Part shown: positions 52,395 through 64,000 of the stretch, in pieces
Layout: each line of letters starts with the position of its first letter
How positions within the stretch are numbered: the first letter of the stretch is position 1
Virus record (IMG/VR): IMGVR_UViG_3300005529_000024
Coordinates: 110,396 to 174,395 of that record
Length of the DNA: 64,000 nt
From: a virus
Strand: one strand, 5' to 3'
Program-made: the position numbers and the translations under genes
Notes under the pieces: generated by a model
The model's input: only the letters and a program-made list of their open reading frames with translations
What the model was told of the DNA's origin: nothing
Databases searched by the model: none

Positions 52395-52423
52395 TTGACA
52401 AAGTTTACAGTAACTGGTATGCT
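52395..52423 (+). promoter_or_regulatory. sigma70-type promoter
   Basis: TTGACA-N17-TATGCT with extended TG. Confidence 0.65.
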
Positions 52424-53475
52424 TTAGCTCAAAGGGAGAAACCGATGAGCAGTTTGGGCTTTGAAACAAATTATCGGATCAGATACATAAAAGAACCGAA
52501 AAGGAGAAGCCTTATGTGGTTTAACAAGACGATGTTTAAAATCACTATGCTTTATAAGCCGGTTCACGAGACATTTGTATTTACCTCGCCTGCGGATCAT
52601 ATCCGAGATGCATTCAATCTTGCTTATGATAAGGCTCAAGAAGTCTGGGGAGACGAAATCGATTGGGATAATCTGTCCGTAAAAGTTCTTCAAGCATAGG
52701 AGGATTATATGGATACCACAGAGATGGAAACCGAGAGGATCGAAAGAGAGGCTGAGAAAACCCTTCTCCACTTGCTTGTCAAGTGTGAGCCGGAACAGCC
52801 TGAGATTGACTGGCTTATCAGACTCAACAATATCAATCTGATGGAGCATATTCAGTCTTGTTAGATAATGATGAGATCTCCAATGCTATGTTTCACGTTA
52901 TCACTGGTAGGCTCAAAGACCGTGAAGCCTTAGCTAAATTTCTATTTCTGATGGAGCATACGGATACTTGGGATTTTGAGACTGATAATTTCAAAGACAA
53001 GTATAGGCGGCATGCTGATAATATTGTTACCTATTTATTGGGTATAATATCCAAACCCATATATTGGGATCATAACGGACCTAAACCTAACCGGGATTAA
53101 ATGAGATACCCACACAAAAAAGTCTTTGGTAAGACATATATCGGCTGGCTCAATTTCCTTATTCTGCAATGGTTCTTCATAAGATTGCAAGCTAATGTGC
53201 ATGAGTATCTTATCATAGAGAGTTGGCAGATTCGTGTAGCTTTGCCTATGACTGGATGGTACACAGATTACATTCCGAAGAACTGGTATTTTAATATTTA
53301 TAGGCTGATCAAATGATCAACGATATTAAAAAAGCTCTTGATGATCTTCATGATGCTGAAGAGATTTTTCTTATCTCACGCGAGAACCCAAGATTGTTTG
53401 ATCCTGAGCAGTCTGCCATTGAACTGAAGAAATGTGCATTAGAACTTTTAAGACTTTTGGATGAGGAAGCGAGTA

Positions 53476-53736
53476 ATGAGACTACCTCTGGAAAATGAAA
53501 CTTTAGTACTCATCAACGGGGTACAGGAGATCGTAAAGAAAGAGCCGTTGCCGTTTGAATTGATAGTAAAGATAGCATTCCCATACAGGCTGATTTCTGA
53601 ACCTAATCATTATACTATTACTTATCGTTACAGGAATGAGAACGATTGCTTCATATCAGGTGGTGTAATACCTGGTGGACTGATCGTGCCGAAATTTGGT
53701 ATGATATTTAATGTTACTAAAACAGTAACCGCGTAG
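53476..53736 (+). CDS. Multi-ubiquitin (beta-grasp) domain protein
   Basis: VLING...LPFELIVKIAFP...YTITY...GMIFNVTKT matches my recollection of bacterial Multi_ubiq domains. Confidence 0.6.
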   Translation: MRLPLENETLVLINGVQEIVKKEPLPFELIVKIAFPYRLISEPNHYTITYRYRNENDCFISGGVIPGGLIVPKFGMIFNVTKTVTA

Positions 53737-54142
53737 GAGGGATAATGCTGAATATCGCTAATAAGTATGAGAATGAGTATTATGCCTATTATTTTCTTTC
53801 ACCAAATACAGATGGCTTTATTGGCGTAGAGCATGATAAAGAATATAATGAGTGGTGGTTGGTGCATGCTTCATCTGTGTATATCCAGATGGAACAGGTT
53901 GAAGTAGATAAACTTAAGGCTTCTGTATTAATTATTATTTGAAACGAGCAATGAGATTAAACCTGACTAAAATTAAAGAGGCTTTAGACGATCTTGAGAT
54001 AGCTCAAGAGTTCTTTATGAGAGCATATTGGAATGCGGAAGTTCTTGATATTCATGCTGTCAAACTAAAGGAATGTGCTTTGGAACTTGCAAAACTCTTG
54101 GATGGAGATTCTGAGTCTATTTAATTTAGAGGGATATTATTC

Positions 54143-54655
54143 ATGAAGGTAGCTTTCCTTGATATTGATGGCGTCTTGGTTACATTGCGGTCAATGAAGC
54201 AAAACGCTCTGAGACTTCAGCCGAATATGTTTGATCCTAAGTGCGTAGCTAATTTCAATATGTTGGTCCATGAAAATGAAGTCCAGGTTGTCATATCTTC
54301 TTCCTGGAGAATTGGTACGCCACTCGATAAACTCAAGTCTGATCTATACGATGTCGGTTTGGATGTGAGTAAGATAATTGATAAGACTCCTGTTATCAGT
54401 GATGTTGAGCGAGGAAAGGAAATACATCAATGGCTTTCTACCGTTGGTAAGGATGTTACACATTTTTGTATCCTTGATGACAATCGTGATATGAACATAA
54501 CGAGTAAAAGAAATCTTCATAAATATCTTGTGCAGACTGGTTTCTTTTATGGTCTTACTGAGGATCATGTTATTAACGCCCTTGAAATTTTAGAGGTTGA
54601 TACATCGGTTTTAAGCAAACGGTTTTTTGTGTCTAATCAATTGGAGCTTAAATGA
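54143..54655 (+). CDS. HAD domain protein, Swiss-Army-Knife RNA-repair type
   Basis: FLDIDGVL, VVISSSWR, RGKEIHQWL, ILDD, GLT. Confidence 0.8.
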   Translation: MKVAFLDIDGVLVTLRSMKQNALRLQPNMFDPKCVANFNMLVHENEVQVVISSSWRIGTPLDKLKSDLYDVGLDVSKIIDKTPVISDVERGKEIHQWLSTVGKDVTHFCILDDNRDMNITSKRNLHKYLVQTGFFYGLTEDHVINALEILEVDTSVLSKRFFVSNQLELK

Positions 54656-57261
54656 TTACACCAAAAGAAGGGAAAGAGATTGGTGCTCTTGCTCTTAATG
54701 GAGATCTGTTGGCTAAACAGCTTATCAAAGCATACCAAATGTACCAGGACGATCCAACTGATGGCGTTAAGAGATCTATGCTTGAGTCATGCCTAAAAGA
54801 ATACCGGCAAGAAGTGAATGTTCCTCAGCCAATTAAAGAGTTGTTTAACACGTTATCCACATCTGTTCGTTCAGGTGCTGAAGTAAAAAGTATACTTGAG
54901 GGTACATTTAAAAATAACGTCCCTTTTGTAGAGATAATAACATATCTTTCAAATAAGCTGGCGATTAGTAATAAACGTCCGCTGACTGAGAAAGTGAAGA
55001 AAAAATATAATTTAAGGGAGGATTGAAATGGGAAACGATTTTTTTGATGCTTGTTTAATGGAATCGCGTATTATGCAGATTGCTCTTGGTAGCCTTGATT
55101 ATAATGTACTCATCGATAAGTATCAAGAAGCACATGGTAAAACTGATGTTAAAAAACTGATTGCCACTATCGATGATCTGTATCGTCAGCAATCAGAGAT
55201 TACTAATTCTATCGAGCATGTTCAAGATGCCCAAATTTCTATTGCTCCTCTTGAGTGTATCCCCCTATTTCCAGCACCAGCGCGTTCTGCATCAAAGAAA
55301 TCTGGGCGAGGAAAATCTAAGAAGAGTAAATAATATCAATGGAGGAGTCCCATGGTATCCAACAAGAATACTGTCCTTAAGACTTTCCCATTTGCTTATT
55401 GTGGTAAAGCTTTAAATGGAAAGATCTATCTTGTTCTGGATGATGTTGAATGCGATCCAGGACCGGATATCATTGGTAAGGGTGTGACACCGAATTCTGC
55501 TTGGAAGAATGCTGTAGAGAATATCAACCGTAATCGTATGGTTTAAATGGCAAAGCTAAATCCTTTAGATATGTCCAGGAAGTTTGCTGGTGAGCTTGCC
55601 AGACGTGGTATCAGGTTCAGTAAATCCAATGTACCACGTGGCATTGATTTCTTTATTCAACCTAATATTTATATTGTCCTAGAATCTATATTAGGTGAGA
55701 AAGATTACGCTATTTCTAAGTTGAATAAAAAATGTATTATTAAGAGATTTTTATTGCGGGATGTTAATCGTGATTTAAAGAAGTGTGTCAATGAGATACA
55801 GGCACTTATAACTCCCTTGACACTTCATGACATAAAGAGGATCTTTGATCAGCATATCAGTCTACGTCCGCATAGATCTAAAAAAGCGATATCTGAGAGT
55901 ATAATGAGATTCCTGGAAACTTTTGTGAGTGATTATGATCCGGAGGAAAAATGTTAGTTAGAACCATTAATAGTGCTGTGAATAAGAAAGAAATCCTTGC
56001 TCTCAATTTAGAACCACGTCAGTCTGGTCAGCCTTATACTATACGCATCCTATTTAAGACAGGCAGCATATGGACTCTTTCATATGAATATGAGGCCGAC
56101 CGGCAGAAGGTTTTCGATCTATTGACAGATAAAGATCAAGAAGGGAAGAAGAAAGAGAAAAAAGAAGAAACCGAATAATTGTAACGATTGGATTTTTATG
56201 TCTGAATTAAAGCTTGTTCTTACTGATGGTGGTAGATCTAAAAGTAAACGTCCTAAACAAACTAATGATTGTACGGTTCGTGCTCTTGCTATAGCAGTAA
56301 ACCAGCCTTATGATGTTGTTTATGATGCTCTCGCAAAGGGAGGAAGGAAGTGCTCCAGCGGATTTAATATCGACACTTGGCTTTGGAAAAATAGAGATAA
56401 TGTTTTTGGTTACAAAGCTATTATGATTGAGTCTTATAAGTTTGAGCTTATCCAGAATATAGCACATAAGATTTCAAAAGGTAGGTATTTGATATGTATC
56501 CGTGATCATGTATATGCATTTGTCAATAATGCTGTGCATGATGAAACATTTAAACATGGAAAGAGATCATATAACGATTACCATATTGAGTTGATATGGA
56601 AATTTGTGAAGATCAAAAGAGGTAAAAATGGAAAACGATAATGCAGATTTAAAAAAGCACGAGCGTATACTGGAGACATATAAACTTACTTGTGCGCTTA
56701 GGGATGATCTGCTCATTGCAATTGAGAACTGTGCTGTTCGCGTTAATCCTAATGTAGATACGGCTGTTCTCTTTGATGCGATTAATAGTGCATTCTATAC
56801 TATACTTAAAGATTATATTGATATCATGAAGAGATCTGGCGCAGTTATTCCAAATGCATTTCAAGCTCTTTCACAGGATGATATCGAGAATTCTAAGGAG
56901 ATTATTAGTCTAGAGAATATGCTCAACACTGATAACAAGCCTTTGGATAAGTAGTTTAAATATTTGCGGAATTGTCAAATTATACTGGACATATTCAACA
57001 TATTATAAACCGTAATGGAGGATTTTATGAGCAAGAGAAAGAAACCTAGAAAGCTCAGCCTTGTAAAGTATGTTGGTAAGAAAGGTACTGCTGGTTACAG
57101 TAATAATCCTTTTCATGAAGGTGATGTCTATATCTTTATTGGTGAGATAGCTAATATGCCAGATCATTGTGTAATCCTTGGTTCTTCATCTGGGAATATT
57201 TATTCTGGATATCATACGAGCGATTTTCAGGAATTGAAAGAGAGCGAGATATAAAACACAA

Positions 57262-57615
57262 ATGGAAAGAGAACTTTTATTTTCGATAACAAAGAAAGAT
57301 CTGATCATAGAATATTTCTCTGGTACAGGTGCTGGAGGTCAGTATAGGAATAAACACCAGAACTGTGTCCGGCTTAAACATCCTGAATCCGGTGTATTGG
57401 TTACAGGACAATCGAATCGTGATCGTATTGCTAACTTAAAGGAAGCTTTTAATAATCTAGTTAATCATCCAAAGTTTAAGGTTTGGCATCGGCAAAAGAC
57501 TCAAGAGATCTTAACAGGTAAGACGTTAGAAGCTCTTGTGGAAGAAATGGTTCAACCACAGAATCTAAAGATAGAAGGCCGGGATGAGAACGGCAATTGG
57601 GTAGAGATAAAGTAA
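57262..57615 (+). CDS. Stand-alone GGQ release-factor-like peptidyl-tRNA hydrolase domain
   Basis: GTGAGGQYRNK...VRLKH..SG...R..N...AF; only 117 aa. Confidence 0.85.
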   Translation: MERELLFSITKKDLIIEYFSGTGAGGQYRNKHQNCVRLKHPESGVLVTGQSNRDRIANLKEAFNNLVNHPKFKVWHRQKTQEILTGKTLEALVEEMVQPQNLKIEGRDENGNWVEIK

Positions 57616-57913
57616 CGGTAATCATAGGAGGATAGAAAATGATCAAAGGAATCAGAACCGATTGCGTTACTGGTGAAGCTCGTGAGGTTGAGGTTAATTT
57701 TAGTCTGACACCTATTGAGGATAACTTTATCTTCACGCTTTTAAATGGTCCTACTGGCTATGAGGCATTTTACTTGAATGAGCGCACAGTCAAGAAGTTG
57801 TCAGAAATTGGTTGGATTGCTTGTATTGGTACTCCTGGTAAATGGGATCGTTTGTTTATTTCTGCTGAAGAAATGAAGAAAGCTTTTGAATATATTGGAT
57901 GGAGTGTTCCAGC

Positions 57914-58402
57914 ATGATTTTGTCCGGAAACGATTTATACAGATACATGAGGCGTGGCGAATTAATAATAGAGCCACTGGATGTCGCGCAGATCAGGGAA
58001 AATGGAATTGATCTGATAGTAGATACATGCAAGTTTTATTGCTTGAATGTTGGTACTCATATCAGTACTGATACTATAACCCCAGGTAATGCTTATCTTA
58101 TCGCGACTAGAGAGCATATCAAGATGCCAAATGATCTGATGGCGTTTGTCAATGTTCGTTCCACATGGGCGCGTCATGGATTCTTTCTACCGCCTACTAT
58201 TGTTGATGCCGGTTTCGAGGGGCAATTGACTTTAGAGATAATGTACATGGGATCAAAGACCATTAGTATTTGCGGGGAGAGGTTTGGACATTTAATCTTC
58301 TCACAACTGTCATCCCCTGCTATACCTTATGCAGGAAAATATCAGCATCAATCAGGTGTTACCTTACCTAGACTAGATAAAGATTATGGAAAAGAAATCT
58401 AA
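57914..58402 (+). CDS. dcd: dCTP deaminase/dUTPase family protein
   Basis: MILS, RSTWARHG, VDAGFEGQLTLE, YAGKYQHQ. Confidence 0.85.
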   Translation: MILSGNDLYRYMRRGELIIEPLDVAQIRENGIDLIVDTCKFYCLNVGTHISTDTITPGNAYLIATREHIKMPNDLMAFVNVRSTWARHGFFLPPTIVDAGFEGQLTLEIMYMGSKTISICGERFGHLIFSQLSSPAIPYAGKYQHQSGVTLPRLDKDYGKEI

Positions 58403-58674
58403 TACTGAAGTACCGGATAAAGCTAAATGGGTTGAGAAACGTGTCATTGATAGTTTTTTAATCATGAATGTATTCTATATGATATTAATACTTCTTGCTT
58501 TTTATTTTGGTGTTAAGCTGGAAGATTCGAGGATACAGTTATCATGTCAGACACGAAACAACTTCGCTATCACTGATGAGCGTTTCGTGTGTTATAAAAG
58601 AGGTGAATCGCCTAGCTCTTTATATCAGCATGATTTTAAAGATGTAGACTATGACACAGATGAAAAAGGATAAC

Positions 58675-59190
58675 ATGGAAACAAAAGTAATAAACTTCTT
58701 TGCTGGTCCTGGAGCCGGGAAGTCTTCTGTCTCCTCACATTTATTCTCCTTACTTAAGCACGAGGGTAGGAACGTTGAGCTAGTCACCGAGTTTGCAAAA
58801 GACATCGTGTGGGAGGAGAGCTTTAAAGTATTGAAAGATCAAGTCTATCTTTTCGGTACTCAATATCATAGGCTGTGGAGATTGTTGGGGAAAGTAGAAT
58901 ATATAATCACAGATAGTCCCTTACTTCTGAACCTTTGGTACGGGAAAGATATGCCACATTCGTTTAGTGAATTGGTTCTGGATCTCTATAAGGAAATGGA
59001 TAACATCAACATATTCCTTCATAGAACAAAGCCGTACAATCCAAATGGGCGTATGCAAACCGAACAAGAAGCCAAAGAGTATGATGTACATATCAAACAA
59101 CTATTAAATATCCACAACATACCTATGATCGATATCGTATCAGATCAGTTTGCTGCGGATAAGATAAAGAGTATTCTTAAAGAGTCTTGA
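58675..59190 (+). CDS. P-loop nucleotide kinase (NadR/AAA_28-like)
   Basis: GPGAGKS, EFAKD, ITDSPL, GRMQ. Confidence 0.75.
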   Translation: METKVINFFAGPGAGKSSVSSHLFSLLKHEGRNVELVTEFAKDIVWEESFKVLKDQVYLFGTQYHRLWRLLGKVEYIITDSPLLLNLWYGKDMPHSFSELVLDLYKEMDNINIFLHRTKPYNPNGRMQTEQEAKEYDVHIKQLLNIHNIPMIDIVSDQFAADKIKSILKES

Positions 59191-59244
59191 GGGAAAGATG
59201 TTGGCAGAATTGGTAATCACTTTAGATGGAGGATGAAATAAAAA

Positions 59245-59577
59245 ATGATAAATAGTGGTGCCATGATTCTATTGATATTACTGCACTTCTTTGGTGATTT
59301 TGTTCTTCAATCTGATGATATGGCTAAAAATAAAAATAAAAGTAACAAGTGGCTTGCATTTCATGTGAGCATTTATCTCCTTCCTTTCTGTATATTCAGT
59401 TTCTGGTACGCTTTAGTAAATGGTTTACTCCATTTCATTACTGATTATTTTTCTTCCAGGATGACATCAAAGCTTTATCAGAAAGGCGATGTGCATAATT
59501 TCTTTGTGGTAATTGGTGCGGATCAAGCTATCCATATGATCTGTTTGGTTATTACTTATCTTAAGATGTTTAAATAA
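59245..59577 (+). CDS. DUF3307-like membrane protein
   Basis: HFFGDFVLQ...MAKNK, H..IY, HFITD, DQAIH. Confidence 0.75.
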   Translation: MINSGAMILLILLHFFGDFVLQSDDMAKNKNKSNKWLAFHVSIYLLPFCIFSFWYALVNGLLHFITDYFSSRMTSKLYQKGDVHNFFVVIGADQAIHMICLVITYLKMFK

Positions 59578-60237
59578 AGAGGTAGTCCTGTGATACTGGC
59601 AATAACAATTATATTATCTTCGATTGTAATCTATGGTATATATCGTTTTCTCTTTCCATGTGCTTTGTTTGTTCCAAGAGTCTACAAGATAAAGCTTTGG
59701 TCGCTTGGTTTTAATGCATGTATTTATGAAGCGCCTTGGGAGGGTGTTCCATACACTATAGCTAACTTGTCTATTTCCCTATTTTATATTTGTATAAATT
59801 TTGATTGGTATTCCTTAGAACCGCCCGGATACTATGATTGGAGCGATTAGAATGAGTAATCAAATATACTATGTCCATAAAAATGCTGGAGATTTTATCT
59901 TCGTTAAAGAGGGAGAATTTTTTAAGGAGCAAGGTGGTTTAAGAGAACCATGGGGTAAAGCGTGGATTCCAGTCAAGGCTTCTTCTATAGAGGATGCCAG
60001 ACAGATTGGAGCTAAGCTTTTAAATGGGAGAATATGTAATGGATAACGTGCAGCATGTAGTAAACATACCAATTGGTAACGGTTATTTGATTGAGCTTGC
60101 CTACAAGGAACAACGAGCATCTATCTGTATGATTGATGTGCATGATTATACATGCTTTACCGGAGAGTTATCTCTAAGTCAGATTGATAACCTTATTAAT
60201 AAACTCGATATTCTAAAATCTATGTTGGAAAGGAAAT

Positions 60238-60924
60238 ATGAGCAAGAGCAAGTCTAAAAAAGAAAGGAAGAGGATAAGCCTTACTATGCGGAAGATTACA
60301 CCTCGAACAGAAAACCAGGAGCGTATGTTCAAAGCATGGAACTCTAATAATCATATATGCGCTCATGGTTCAGCAGGATCTGGTAAAACTTTTCTTAGCA
60401 TGTACTTAGCGTTGAATAGTATTTTGGATGGCGATTACGATAAGCTTATTATTGTCAGATCTATTCTTCCAACAAGAGATGTAGGTTTCCTGCCCGGTAG
60501 TCTTGAAGAAAAGATAGCTATCTATGAGAATCCCTATCGAGATATTCTGCACAGCCTTTCTTCAGATCCACATTGTTATGATCATATGAAGGATGATGGC
60601 GTAATTGAGTTTGTTACTACTTCGTTTATTCGAGGGCTGACTTGGGATAAATCGATTATTCTTGTTGATGAGGGAGAAAATTTAAACTGGCATGAGATCG
60701 ATTCTGTTATGACACGTGTTGGGTTAGGTTCTCGCGTAATGTTCATCGGTGATATGGTGCAGACCGATCTGACATCAAAGACAGATAAGTCAGGTATGTC
60801 ACGGTTTTTACGGGTGATAGATAGGATGTCTTGCTTTGATACTATCGTATTTGGTACAGATGATATCGTGAGAAGCGAATTCGTAAAGTCCTGGATTATC
60901 AATAGCATGCATGTTAAAGAGTAA
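60238..60924 (+). CDS. phoH: PhoH-family ATPase
   Basis: GSAGSGKT, GFLPGSLEEK, FIRGLT, VDEGEN, TRVG, GDMVQTD, DIVRS. Confidence 0.92.
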   Translation: MSKSKSKKERKRISLTMRKITPRTENQERMFKAWNSNNHICAHGSAGSGKTFLSMYLALNSILDGDYDKLIIVRSILPTRDVGFLPGSLEEKIAIYENPYRDILHSLSSDPHCYDHMKDDGVIEFVTTSFIRGLTWDKSIILVDEGENLNWHEIDSVMTRVGLGSRVMFIGDMVQTDLTSKTDKSGMSRFLRVIDRMSCFDTIVFGTDDIVRSEFVKSWIINSMHVKE

Positions 60925-61500
60925 TCTTGTTCTGTTAAGGAGATCAAGGTATGGATGATACAGAGATTATCGCTCGACAGGCGCGTAAAATTGAGATCCT
61001 GGAGCAAACGGTTGCAGAATTAGAGGGATCGATAGATCAAGTTCGATTGTGTATTTGTGGTATTGGCGGTCCACTGAATGATAACAAGTTTCAATATTCA
61101 AAAGCACAAGCGGAAATATTCTTTCAGATTGCAGAATATCTTGGGTTTAGTTGGGATTAAATATGGAAATATTATCTGAATCATTCAATAAAAAATCCGA
61201 TGAACCAACACCTAAGTTTATCGTGAAATTACGAACAACCATGTGGGGTGACAGAAGGGGCATTTATCTGAAGAAAAGTATCACGTTTCTAAAGAGACAG
61301 TCTGTCGATATTTACTTTCTAGAAGATGATATCGAGGGTATGGGTGCTGATGAAGTATTGATTCGTATCCTAAACTTGAATGAATGCGACGATGGAATTT
61401 ATGAACTTGTTGTCTGCAATGTAAGCCATGATTGGGAAACTGGTTACGTTGATGATTATGACTATAGATTGAAACCAATTGATAAAAAGAAGGATCAAGT

Positions 61501-61824
61501 ATGAGGAAGGTAATTTTGGAATCTCCTTTTGCAGGAGATATCGAGGCTAACATAGCCTATGCTAAAAGATGCATCGCAGATTGTTTGCATCGGGGTGAAG
61601 CTCCAATTGCAAGTCACTTACTGTTCACACAACCTGGTATCCTGGATGATAATATTCCAGGTGAGAGGAAGTTAGGAATTGATGCCGGTCATGCTTGGAT
61701 CTGTGTGGCTGACGCTATGGTTGTCTATATGGATCGTGGTACATCAAAGGGTATGCAACAAGGTATTGAGGTAGCTAAGCAACATAACATCTTGATCGAG
61801 TATAGGTATCTTTACACTTATTAA
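61501..61824 (+). CDS. Conserved phage protein, nucleoside deoxyribosyltransferase-like fold
   Basis: ESPFAGD, PIASHLLF, SKGMQQGI. Confidence 0.55.
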   Translation: MRKVILESPFAGDIEANIAYAKRCIADCLHRGEAPIASHLLFTQPGILDDNIPGERKLGIDAGHAWICVADAMVVYMDRGTSKGMQQGIEVAKQHNILIEYRYLYTY

Positions 61825-62568
61825 CTGTTCCACGTGGAACTATAGAGGATATTACATGCAGATAGAAAAGGGTACACCGATCATTTTAAATAAGAATGCT
61901 GTCGCTGTCATCCATATCTTTAAGCGAGAAGATTCTTTATCTGATATATGGTTGTTCGATTCGGACGAGATCCAAGCTCAGGTTCGTAATGATTGGGAGC
62001 TTGCTGCTAAATCCTTTGTTGAGCAGTTAGAGCAAAACTGGAGTATCAGTTTTATGAAGGCGCTTAAAAAAGAGATCAACAATATCCTTGATTCAAATGA
62101 CAAAGATATATTAACACGTGCTATACATGATGTTATCAGAGATAACCATAACGCTGGTCTCCTCCCAAGAGATTTAATAGATAATATAAAAGATTATACG
62201 CCTACACAAATTCGTAACCGCATGCAAGAGATGATCGATTCTGGGGAACTCTTGGTTGATGCCGAACGTAGATTGAGACTTCCTGAGTCTGGAGATAAGA
62301 GGGCAGATTAATGAATATAGAAAATAAGGAGTTAGAAGAAGAATTGAATAATACTCTTAGTTCGCTTTATGCCTATATGGATAGTTAAATGGACAGACAT
62401 TACATAAAGATAGTAGCTTTAAGAACAGCAATCAGGGAGATCTTAGAACATTTCCGGATGCAGGAAGCCGAGTGTCCATTTTGTGAGTTATCTGAATCTC
62501 ATTCTGATGAATGCCCGATAACTACAGTAAATAAATATATAGGAGAACTAGATTAAGAGGAGGCAGGA

Positions 62569-63922
62569 ATGATTGATGAATTTGATAAGATGACAATAAA
62601 TGAAAAAACTTCTGTAGTTCATCGGGAAATGTTCCGGGAGTTACTGACAAGATATAAATCAAGGGGAAAGGAAATCTCTCTAATAGAAGAAGCGATTAAG
62701 CAAACAATTCTATCCAATATACTCTTTGAAGCTAAGATTGAGACGTTGCTTAAAGTACGGGAACAGAAAAGGAATGCAGACGAACAGAAATATTTTGATG
62801 GTGTAGTAGATCAAGTCTTACGTGATCTGATATTCCAGGTTCGAGGCCAGACATCTCTTATTGAACGTACCAATTTATTAAGGATGAACGCAGGAGATGA
62901 ACCGAATAAACCAGCAACAGATTCTGGTCAAGCTATTGAAAAAGACATTGATTGGTATCGTGTTGGTGTTCGACGTACTTCAAATGACTCTTCGCCTATT
63001 ATTCCAGAGATTGTATGCTATGATGTTGAAGCTCATTCTATGGAGGAAGCACAAGAGATAGTTTGGCAGAGAAATATCAGACCATGTTATCCTCCTGATG
63101 TGGATGCCAGGATCATCTCTGTCTCTTTAACATTTGATGCCAAAGATAATCCTTCTAAGAATCTATTAGATGTAAGTACAGATGTATCTATCAAACAAGT
63201 AAATTGGAGATCAAAATGTTAGATATGGATAAGGAGCCAACACGCGATTTAGATAGGATTATATTCAATAATTTAGATTCAGTCTGGGAGGAACTGGACA
63301 AATTAAAAAAGAAGATTTCAGATATAGAATTAACTAAGACGCAGAAGGAACTTACACAACCTGAAGAGAGTATTAATTATTCTGCTTATCATTCTAATCT
63401 GTACAGCGTTGTAGTAGCTTTACTGAATGACGATAACTTCTTTGATATCGATGATCCCAGAAACCCATACAAGCATAAGTCTACCATTTATAAAGTCTAT
63501 GCTGATTCTGTTGTAGGCGCTGTAGATAATTTCTTTAAGTATTCCGGCATTACTCCTAGTCGTAAGGTTGTTGTTATCTCTGTCTCTCTTATTAAAATAG
63601 TTAATTAAACAGTCTACTGTATGTACGCTTATATTGCTCGAAATGACTGTACAAAAATTTTAAGTGTAATGCGTTACAGGGTAGGAGGTTAAAAATGCAG
63701 GATGGGATAATCCATGGAAAAACAAATAGGCTTGACATATATCGTGTTGGCTTTAGTACTCTTTCAGCAGATTATAGCACAGTAAGCCGTACAGTTGTAT
63801 ATCGGGATGTCGAAGCCTTTTCATTATTAGAAGCTATTATGATGCTTACTATTGAAACTCCCGAAGGTTGCGATAAAGTAGTTCCTGTATCCTGTACCCT
63901 TATAAGTTTTGATAAAAGATAA
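62569..63922 (+). repeat. Three tandem ORFs sharing a ~60-aa domain (62569-63222, 63204-63608, 63695-63922)
   Basis: Shared YRVG/YSVV...YDVEAHS/YKVYADS/RDVEAFS...ISVSL/VSCTL pattern. Confidence 0.6.
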
Positions 63923-64000
63923 ATCTTGATGAAGGAATAAAATGAGTTTTATAAAAGTACAAAGGATGGGTCGTTATGGATCTCTGACTGGAATATATAT

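Larger units (their letters stand above)
1..64000 (+). mobile_element. Segment of a large tailed dsDNA bacteriophage genome
   Basis: Terminase large subunit, T4 gp20-like portal, dense co-oriented small ORFs, phage-type nucleotide metabolism genes, no host housekeeping operons. Confidence 0.97.

Noticed and set aside
57262-57615. Alternative genetic code signalled by a phage release factor
   Set aside because: The protein lacks stop-codon recognition domains; long genes are intact in code 11 and TAA, TAG and TGA all terminate genes; no suppressor tRNA seen
1302-61553. Numerous minus-strand and nested ORFs in the track
   Set aside because: They shadow well-supported + strand genes and show no recognisable motifs

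Overview
A 64-kb segment of a large (probably jumbo, T4-portal-type) tailed bacteriophage genome. Essentially every credible gene is on the + strand, in standard genetic code. It carries replication/nucleotide genes (SbcC/gp46-like ATPase, class II RNR, ThyX, dCTP deaminase, MazG, PhoH) and a transcription/packaging block (sigma-like factor, Mor-like regulator, terminase, portal). Long runs of small early genes follow near-consensus sigma70 promoters. A second bipartite motif, CCTA-N14-GCGTCT, occurs six times with invariant spacing and is probably a phage-specific promoter. The most notable content is an RNA-centred system. A tandem array of four Y-RNA-like genes sits at 21365-21724, one of them a complete circularly permuted tRNA mimic (YrlA-type). 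A Ro60/TROVE + RNA ligase operon lies 9 kb downstream, and its mRNA leader carries a miniature copy of the same Ro60-binding helix. A dispersed RNA-repair/ribosome-rescue toolkit accompanies these. Other oddities: a tRNA(UAU) with a long variable arm, four paralogous COOH-NH2-ligase-like proteins, a multi-ubiquitin-domain protein, KhpA- and bL12-like proteins, and several unassigned structured RNAs. All assignments were made by eye from motifs; no database searches or folding programs were run.
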